A stretch of DNA of 64,000 nt from an uncultured bacterium (lineage in GTDB: Bacteria; Bacillota_I; Bacilli_A; RF39; UBA660), in contig CASFOW010000013.1 of the NCBI GenBank assembly GCA_949296705.1, positions 1,693 to 65,692 on the forward strand, written 5' to 3'. A program made the translations under genes and the position numbers. The notes below the pieces were generated by a model. It was not told the origin of the DNA, made no database searches, and was given only the letters and a program-made list of their open reading frames with translations. Numbering within the stretch: the stretch's first letter is position 1; each line of letters starts with the position of its first letter. Of this stretch, positions 58,635 through 64,000 are shown in pieces.

Positions 58635-58686
58635 ATAAAGCACCTCCTACTTATAAGTATAAAACTCGAAATAGGAAATAATTGTG

Positions 58687-59265
58687 CTATTTAATAATTT
58701 TATCGATTCTATTCAAATTTAAATGCCTTATATCATTTCTGTCTTCAGAGTATTGAACAACAACCATGATTAAATTATCGTATTTATAAATTTGTTTGGG
58801 ATATACTTCCCTTTGTTTTTCCATGCCTTTACTATAATACTTAATTTTAATGCTTTGCTTTTTAATTATCGCTTCTTGAATGTCATCTAAAATCTGTCTT
58901 TTTTCTTCCTCTAAAAAATCTACTTCCTTATTGACTAATTTACAATAATTTACAATCTTTTGCTTTAAATTCATCAGGTTTTCTAATTCTTTTTCATCTC
59001 TACAGTTTTTTATCGCTTTATCCATTATTTCAATATCATTTTGATTAAATAAAATTGAAGGGATGTCTATTTTTGAACGAAGTTGATATCCGCCATTTTT
59101 TCCTAAAAATGTATCAATATAGATACCTTCCTTTTCAAGTTCATCTTTGTATAAGCGTACCATTCTTGGACTAATTTCTAATGTTTCTGCTAGTTGTCGA
59201 CATGTATATTTTCTGCCTGATGACAAAATATCTAGCATTTTTATATTTTTAGATATCTTCGACAT
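58687..59265 (-). CDS. HTH (DeoR/YafY-type, HTH_11) transcriptional regulator with a short WYL-like C-terminus
   Basis: About 192 aa. KMLDILSSGRKYTCRQLAETLEISPRMVRLYKDELEKEGIYI is a YafY-type N-terminal HTH. The C-terminal part REVYPKQIYKYDNLIMVVVQYSE...IRHLNLNRIDKI is WYL-like. The ATG at 59265 follows AGGTGA. Confidence 0.6.
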   Translation of the reverse strand: MSKISKNIKMLDILSSGRKYTCRQLAETLEISPRMVRLYKDELEKEGIYIDTFLGKNGGYQLRSKIDIPSILFNQNDIEIMDKAIKNCRDEKELENLMNLKQKIVNYCKLVNKEVDFLEEEKRQILDDIQEAIIKKQSIKIKYYSKGMEKQREVYPKQIYKYDNLIMVVVQYSEDRNDIRHLNLNRIDKIIK

Positions 59266-59355
59266 ATAATCACCTAAATTAATCATATCATAATTTTATA
59301 TAGATTTTTTCATAATAAAAGGTCAATTCACATTTAATTTCTAACATTTATATGT

Positions 59356-60348
59356 TTAGATATTAAGCCCTATTTTTTCTTTAACAAATTTCATTTTTTT
59401 AGAAGCATATGTTTTAGCCCTATTAGCACCAATTGTTAATATTTCTTTTAAATATTTTTCATCGTTTCTATATTCATAAAATTTATCTTGAACATTTTTA
59501 ATAAATTTACAAACACTATCTGCTACCTCAATTTTAAAATCTTTATAATTATAATTTTTATATTTTGTATTTGCCTCTTCTATAGTCATATTGTTAACTG
59601 CGCATATCAAAGATATTAAATTTGATATTCCTGGTTTATTTTCTTCATCATAATAAACTTTACCCTCGCTATCTGTACGGGCAGACATTATTTTCTTTCT
59701 AGTTATTTCAATATCGTCTAACATAAAGATAGTTCCTTTATCATCTTTTGGTGCAGACTTGCTCATTTTAATACTAGGATCTTGGAGATTCATTATTTTT
59801 GCTCCTATTTTTGGTATTTGATACTCAGGTAATTTAAATGTTTCTCCATAAATATTATTAAATCTTTCTCCAAAATCTCTCGTCTTCTCTATATGTTGTC
59901 TTTGGTCTGCTCCAACTGGTACAATCTCAGCATCATATAATAATATATCTGCTACCATTAAAGCTGGATATATAAATAATCCCATATCTTTTTCATTTTT
60001 GCCCAAACTTTCTTTCTTAGACTTAAACTGTGTCATTCTTGATAGTTCGCCAACACTGCATTGAAATGACATCAAAAATCCCAAATTGCAATGCTCTAAT
60101 ACATCACTTTGCATAAATAACGCAGTACGTTTAACATCAATTCCACAAGCCATATAAATTGCTGTTATATCTAATATATTATTTCTAATTTCTTTTGGAT
60201 CGACATAAGTAGTTAATCCATGAATATCTGCAATAAATATTAAAGAATTATATTTATCTTGTTGTTCAACAAATCCTTTAATTCCACCAATATAGTTTGC
60301 TAAAGTTATACTTCCTGTAGGTCTTACACCTGTAATCATTGTTTTCAT
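59356..60348 (-). CDS. trpS: Tryptophan--tRNA ligase
   Basis: 330 aa. It has a class I HIGH-region analogue (GSITLANYIG) and KMSKS (IKMSKSAP). A Trp T-box precedes it. Confidence 0.93.
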   Translation of the reverse strand: MKTMITGVRPTGSITLANYIGGIKGFVEQQDKYNSLIFIADIHGLTTYVDPKEIRNNILDITAIYMACGIDVKRTALFMQSDVLEHCNLGFLMSFQCSVGELSRMTQFKSKKESLGKNEKDMGLFIYPALMVADILLYDAEIVPVGADQRQHIEKTRDFGERFNNIYGETFKLPEYQIPKIGAKIMNLQDPSIKMSKSAPKDDKGTIFMLDDIEITRKKIMSARTDSEGKVYYDEENKPGISNLISLICAVNNMTIEEANTKYKNYNYKDFKIEVADSVCKFIKNVQDKFYEYRNDEKYLKEILTIGANRAKTYASKKMKFVKEKIGLNI

Positions 60349-60454
60349 TTTATATTCCTTCTTTCTTAATTCTTTTATATTTTAAATCAATGATTAATAT
60401 AACTTACACCATCGTTTTACATATTTTTTCATAAAATCATCTCCTTTTTATAAA

Positions 60455-60702
60455 TAAAAAAAGATTCCGGTCCTACAAATAGGACAAGAATCTTGTGCCA
60501 CCTAATAATAGTTTTATTTCATATACCATCATATATGTTCACTTGATAACGGGTAGAAACTCCCGATTTTTCATACTTTAAATAATTTCTGAAAAACTCT
60601 CTTTGGTCCATTCAATATCTATCCATTACAACTTTCCATCAACCAGTTGCTTTCTATAAATTTCATAAATATCTACTTCTCCAAATCACTGATTTAAAAT
60701 AT
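60455..60702 (-). promoter_or_regulatory. T-box leader (Trp specifier) controlling trpS
   Basis: On the minus strand, the specifier-loop context is GAA-UGG-A (UGG at plus-strand 60608-60610). The T-box sequence is AGGTGGCAC (plus-strand 60496-60504). A terminator GATTCTTGTCCT-atttgt-AGGACCGGAATC plus T7 follows (plus-strand 60456-60495). Confidence 0.8.
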
Positions 60703-60708
60703 GGCTTA

Positions 60709-60737
60709 ATTGTAGCACTAAAGCTCCTCTTTGTCAA
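60709..60737 (-). promoter_or_regulatory. Consensus sigma-A promoter of the trpS T-box leader
   Basis: Minus strand reads TTGACA-17 nt-TACAAT. The -35 is at 60732-60737 and the -10 at 60709-60714. Confidence 0.7.
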
Positions 60738-60875
60738 AAAGCACAAAAACAAAAGGATGTCCACATCTTAAAAGTTGGCTACACCCTTATTTTACTTTGG
60801 TTTTAATAACATCTTGTGACATGAAGTAAAAATCAAACTAAATTACTAATTTTTAAATTTTAAGTTTTCCTTTAT

Positions 60876-63374
60876 TTATACATTCTTTCCACAACATTGT
60901 TTATATTTCTTTCCCGAACCGCAAGGACAAGGATCATTTCTACCTACTTTTTTTACTCTTTTTGGTTGTTTCTTAGCTTGTTCTTTTCCGCCGTCATTTG
61001 TAATTTTAGTTTTTGAAACTTCTTTTCTTTCGACATTTCTTCTAATTTCTGCTTTAATTAACATAATCGTTACATCATGATCAATTTTTTGCATCATCTT
61101 ATCGAAAAGTTCAAATCCTTCCATTGTATAAGCACGAAGCGGATCTTCTTGAGCATAGCCTCTTAAATAAATTCCCTCTCTTAAGTGAGACATCGTATTG
61201 ATGTGTTCTGTCCAATAATGATCGATTACATTTAAACTGATTGCTTTTTCAAATTCATCTTTAACTTCTTCTGGAATATCTCTTAATTTTTCCTCGTATT
61301 CATGGGTGACAATATTTGTAATATATTCAATCATTTCTTCTGGAGATTTATTATCTACTTCCTCTTTGTCAATATCTTGATTGATTAAGTTCTCATTGGC
61401 AAACTCAACGATTTCTTTGACATCATTATTGGTTAATCTTCCCTCTGGATAAAGGTGAGAATTTACTAAATCTGAAATATGATTTTTAATTGTCTTTAAT
61501 ACTGTTTCATGAATAGATTCACTATCTAAGATTTCATTTCTTCTTCCATACATAATTTCTCTTTGATTATTCATGACATCGTCATATTGAAGAAGTTGTT
61601 TACGAATATCAAAGTTATTTCCTTCTACTCGAGCTTGAGCTGATGATAGTGCCTTAGTAAATGTTTTACTTTTAATGGCTTGATCTTCACTAAATCCTAA
61701 ATTTTGCATCATTACTTTGATTCTATCAGAACCGAAGCGAACCATTAATTCATCTTCCATAGATACATAAAATTGAGTAAATCCTGGATCTCCTTGCCGA
61801 CCAGAACGGCCACGTAACTGATTATCAATACGACGTGATTCATGGCGCTCTGTACCAATTACGCATAATCCTCCTAAAGCTCTTACCTCGTCACTTAGTT
61901 TAATGTCTGTTCCACGTCCAGCCATATTAGTCGCAATAGTTACGGATTTTCCAAGACCAATCTTGGCAATAATTTCTGCTTCACGGGCATGATTTTTGGC
62001 ATTTAATACCTCGTGGGGAATTTTCTTTTGTTTTAGCAAATTACTAATCAACTCACTGGTTTCAATTGCAATAGTCCCTACTAAAACTGGTTGCCCTTTT
62101 TTATATCGCTCCTCAATTTCTTTTACAATTGCACGATATTTTCCCGCTTTAGTAGAAAACATAAGATCAGGATTATCAATACGAATGACAGGTTTATTTG
62201 TTGGAATTTCAATAACATACATATTATAAATATTTCTAAATTCTTCTTCTTCAGTTTTAGCTGTACCGGTCATTCCAGATAGCTTTTTATACATTCTGAA
62301 TAAATTTTGGAACGTGATTGTCGCTAAAGTTTTAGTTTCTTGGTTGATTTTTACCCCTTCTTTGGCTTCAATCGCTTGATGAAGGCCATCACTATAAGCC
62401 CGACCTTTCATTAGACGTCCTGTAAATTGGTCAACGATAATAATTTCTCCATCTTGAACAACATAGTCTACATCTTTATGCATAGAATAATTAGCTCTTA
62501 AGGCTTGATTAATGTAATGAACTAATTCTGAGTTTTCTAAGCCGTATAAGTTATCTAAGTGGAACATCTTTTCGGCTTTTTTAACCCCCTCTTCACTAAG
62601 AGAAACGTTTTTGGTTTTTTCATCATAAACATACTCATCTTCCTTTAGTGACTTAGCTAGACGGTCTGCATCCATGTATAAATTGGCACTTTTCATTTCG
62701 CCACCAGAAATAATAAGTGGGGTACGAGCTTCATCAATTAATACAGAGTCAACTTCATCGATTATTGCGAAATTTAATGGGCGTTGAACTCTATTTTCTT
62801 TACGGATAACCATGTTATCTCTTAAATAATCGAATCCAATTTCATTATTTGTCGAATATAAAATATCACAAGCATATTGTTCTTGTTTTTCTTTTGGCGA
62901 TAAATCACGTAAATTGATTCCAACGGTTAGTCCTAAGAATTTGTGAATTTGTCCCATCCAATTAGCATCACGATCAGCTAAATATTCATTAACGGTAATG
63001 ATATGTACTCCTTCTCCAGATAAAGCATTTAAATAGGCAGGCATTACTGAAGTTAGTGTTTTACCTTCACCAGTTTTCATCTCAGCAATATTTCCATAGT
63101 GAATAGCTAAAGCGCCTAAAATCTGAACATAGAATGGTTTTTCTCCAATCACTCTGAAGCAGGCTTCTCTAGCTACTGCGAAAGCTTCAATTAGAATGTC
63201 TTCTAGAGTTTCACCATTTTCTAATCTATCTTTAAACTCATTTGTTTTATTTTGTAATTCTTTATCCGATAATTTTTGCATTTCTTCATCCAAAGCGACA
63301 ATTTGGTCAGCTTGGTGATGAAATTTCTTTAGTTCTTTATATTCATGATCGAATAATCTTTTTAATAAATCCAT
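60876..63374 (-). CDS. secA: Preprotein translocase ATPase SecA
   Basis: 832 aa. MKTGEGKTL (Walker A), DEVDSVLIDEARTPLIISG, TNMAGRGTDI and the C-terminal zinc motif CPCGSGKKYKQCCG are present. Confidence 0.98.
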   Translation of the reverse strand: MDLLKRLFDHEYKELKKFHHQADQIVALDEEMQKLSDKELQNKTNEFKDRLENGETLEDILIEAFAVAREACFRVIGEKPFYVQILGALAIHYGNIAEMKTGEGKTLTSVMPAYLNALSGEGVHIITVNEYLADRDANWMGQIHKFLGLTVGINLRDLSPKEKQEQYACDILYSTNNEIGFDYLRDNMVIRKENRVQRPLNFAIIDEVDSVLIDEARTPLIISGGEMKSANLYMDADRLAKSLKEDEYVYDEKTKNVSLSEEGVKKAEKMFHLDNLYGLENSELVHYINQALRANYSMHKDVDYVVQDGEIIIVDQFTGRLMKGRAYSDGLHQAIEAKEGVKINQETKTLATITFQNLFRMYKKLSGMTGTAKTEEEEFRNIYNMYVIEIPTNKPVIRIDNPDLMFSTKAGKYRAIVKEIEERYKKGQPVLVGTIAIETSELISNLLKQKKIPHEVLNAKNHAREAEIIAKIGLGKSVTIATNMAGRGTDIKLSDEVRALGGLCVIGTERHESRRIDNQLRGRSGRQGDPGFTQFYVSMEDELMVRFGSDRIKVMMQNLGFSEDQAIKSKTFTKALSSAQARVEGNNFDIRKQLLQYDDVMNNQREIMYGRRNEILDSESIHETVLKTIKNHISDLVNSHLYPEGRLTNNDVKEIVEFANENLINQDIDKEEVDNKSPEEMIEYITNIVTHEYEEKLRDIPEEVKDEFEKAISLNVIDHYWTEHINTMSHLREGIYLRGYAQEDPLRAYTMEGFELFDKMMQKIDHDVTIMLIKAEIRRNVERKEVSKTKITNDGGKEQAKKQPKRVKKVGRNDPCPCGSGKKYKQCCGKNV

Positions 63375-63423
63375 GTTACCATCTCCTGTTTGATATTATA
63401 TCAATTCTTTTCACGATTTTAAA

Positions 63424-63452
63424 GGTTTTCCACCGTTTTTGTGGAAAAAACC
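63424..63452. promoter_or_regulatory. Palindrome GGTTTTCCAC-N7-GTGGAAAAAACC just upstream of the secA promoter
   Basis: Its half-sites match the gap-upstream TTCCACA/TGTGGAA palindrome, and TGTGGAAAA (63440-63448) is a one-mismatch DnaA box. It lies between the stop of the upstream gene (63482) and a TTTAAA-17-TATAAT promoter. It could also act as a weak terminator. Confidence 0.4.
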
Positions 63453-63481
63453 ATTTAAAAAAGATACCATTTCCGATATCT

Positions 63482-63967
63482 TTAGAATAAGTTATATTTT
63501 TTAAGATGTTTTTTTACTTCCGTATCATAATCCAAATAATATTTTCTGTCGATGGCATGAAGTTTTAAATTGAATTCGCCTTTTAATTCTGTTAATAATT
63601 TATTTATTTTTAATTGTTTTACTCGATTGAAGTATTGCTCAAAACACTTATCACTTTTTACTGATAGCAATGTGGAAATATCTTCTATATCAAACGTTTG
63701 AATGCTGGGTATCTTTATTGGATTAAGATTTCTTTTTAGCATAAATTCTTCTTCATAATCAACAAGGGGAGATAATCTTACTTTTCCTTGATCAATTTCT
63801 ACAACAAGCTCATCATCTTGACGATCTTCTTCTTGAGTATATAATTCTCTAACTAGTAATCTTTTATATTCTTCCAGTAATGGCTGATTACCATATTCTT
63901 CACTCAAAAAACGCAAAAAATTTTGTTGTTCCCATCCTGCTTTAACCGCCCAATCCTTAAGTAACAT
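63482..63967 (-). CDS. Hypothetical protein (161 aa)
   Basis: Intact ORF upstream of secA, in the position where Firmicutes often carry hpf. The sequence is not hpf-like, and I recognise no family. Confidence 0.55.
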   Translation of the reverse strand: MLLKDWAVKAGWEQQNFLRFLSEEYGNQPLLEEYKRLLVRELYTQEEDRQDDELVVEIDQGKVRLSPLVDYEEEFMLKRNLNPIKIPSIQTFDIEDISTLLSVKSDKCFEQYFNRVKQLKINKLLTELKGEFNLKLHAIDRKYYLDYDTEVKKHLKKYNLF

Positions 63968-64000
63968 ATATTTCTTATCTTTTTGTCTAGTATACTGTGA

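Noticed and set aside
1-64000. Possibility of Mollicute-type genetic code 4 (UGA read as Trp), given the low GC content and missing L30.
   Set aside because: Many genes end at TGA, with correct ortholog lengths. The genome also encodes RF2 with a UGA-dependent autoregulatory frameshift.
1-64000. Search for CRISPR arrays, tRNA/rRNA genes, transposases, integrases and prophage modules.
   Set aside because: No regularly spaced repeats were seen, and no GC-rich cloverleaf-like segments occur in any intergenic region. No recombinase-like ORFs are present. The DUF360 'holin family 4' gene is a conserved chromosomal yvlD-like gene, not a prophage marker.

Overview
Low-GC Firmicutes-type chromosomal segment. 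It probably comes from a spore-forming lineage such as Erysipelotrichia or Clostridia: Spo0A is present, and RF2 plus TGA stops indicate the standard genetic code. I support about 85 protein genes, and all but four lie on the minus strand.

Layout by coordinate:
- 1-14.5 kb: the complete S10-spc-alpha ribosomal protein supercluster (rpsJ to rplQ, including secY-adk-map-infA-rpmJ). It lacks rpmD.
- 14.7-25.2 kb: a glycolytic gap-pgk-tpiA ... gpmI cluster, interrupted by membrane glycolipid genes, spo0A, GNATs and an AAA ATPase.
- 25-64 kb: housekeeping genes in the order I recall for the Bacillus subtilis secA-to-gapA region. On the minus strand these run secA, prfB (with its programmed +1 frameshift), ftsEX plus a coiled-coil M23 hydrolase, uvrB, uvrA, lgt, trxB, yvcK-whiA, clpP.

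Regulatory signals readable from the sequence include several consensus sigma-A promoters, intrinsic terminators, a Trp T-box upstream of trpS, a LexA (Cheo) box in the uvrA promoter, and a cluster of DnaA-box-like 9-mers upstream of gap.

I see no rRNA, tRNA, CRISPR array, transposase, integrase or prophage genes.

Accessory or uncharacterised content sits in a few pockets:
- A five-gene operon with an HExxH protein (43.07-45.9 kb), lying inside the 39.7-47.1 kb block bounded by two inverted GT8 paralogs.
- An AT-rich island that splits secA from prfB (55.5-59.3 kb) and carries an orphan two-gene cassette.
- An orphan radical SAM/SPASM gene.
- A degenerate kinase-like gene.

None of these can be assigned a function from sequence alone. 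The claim that any of them is a novel system is inference.
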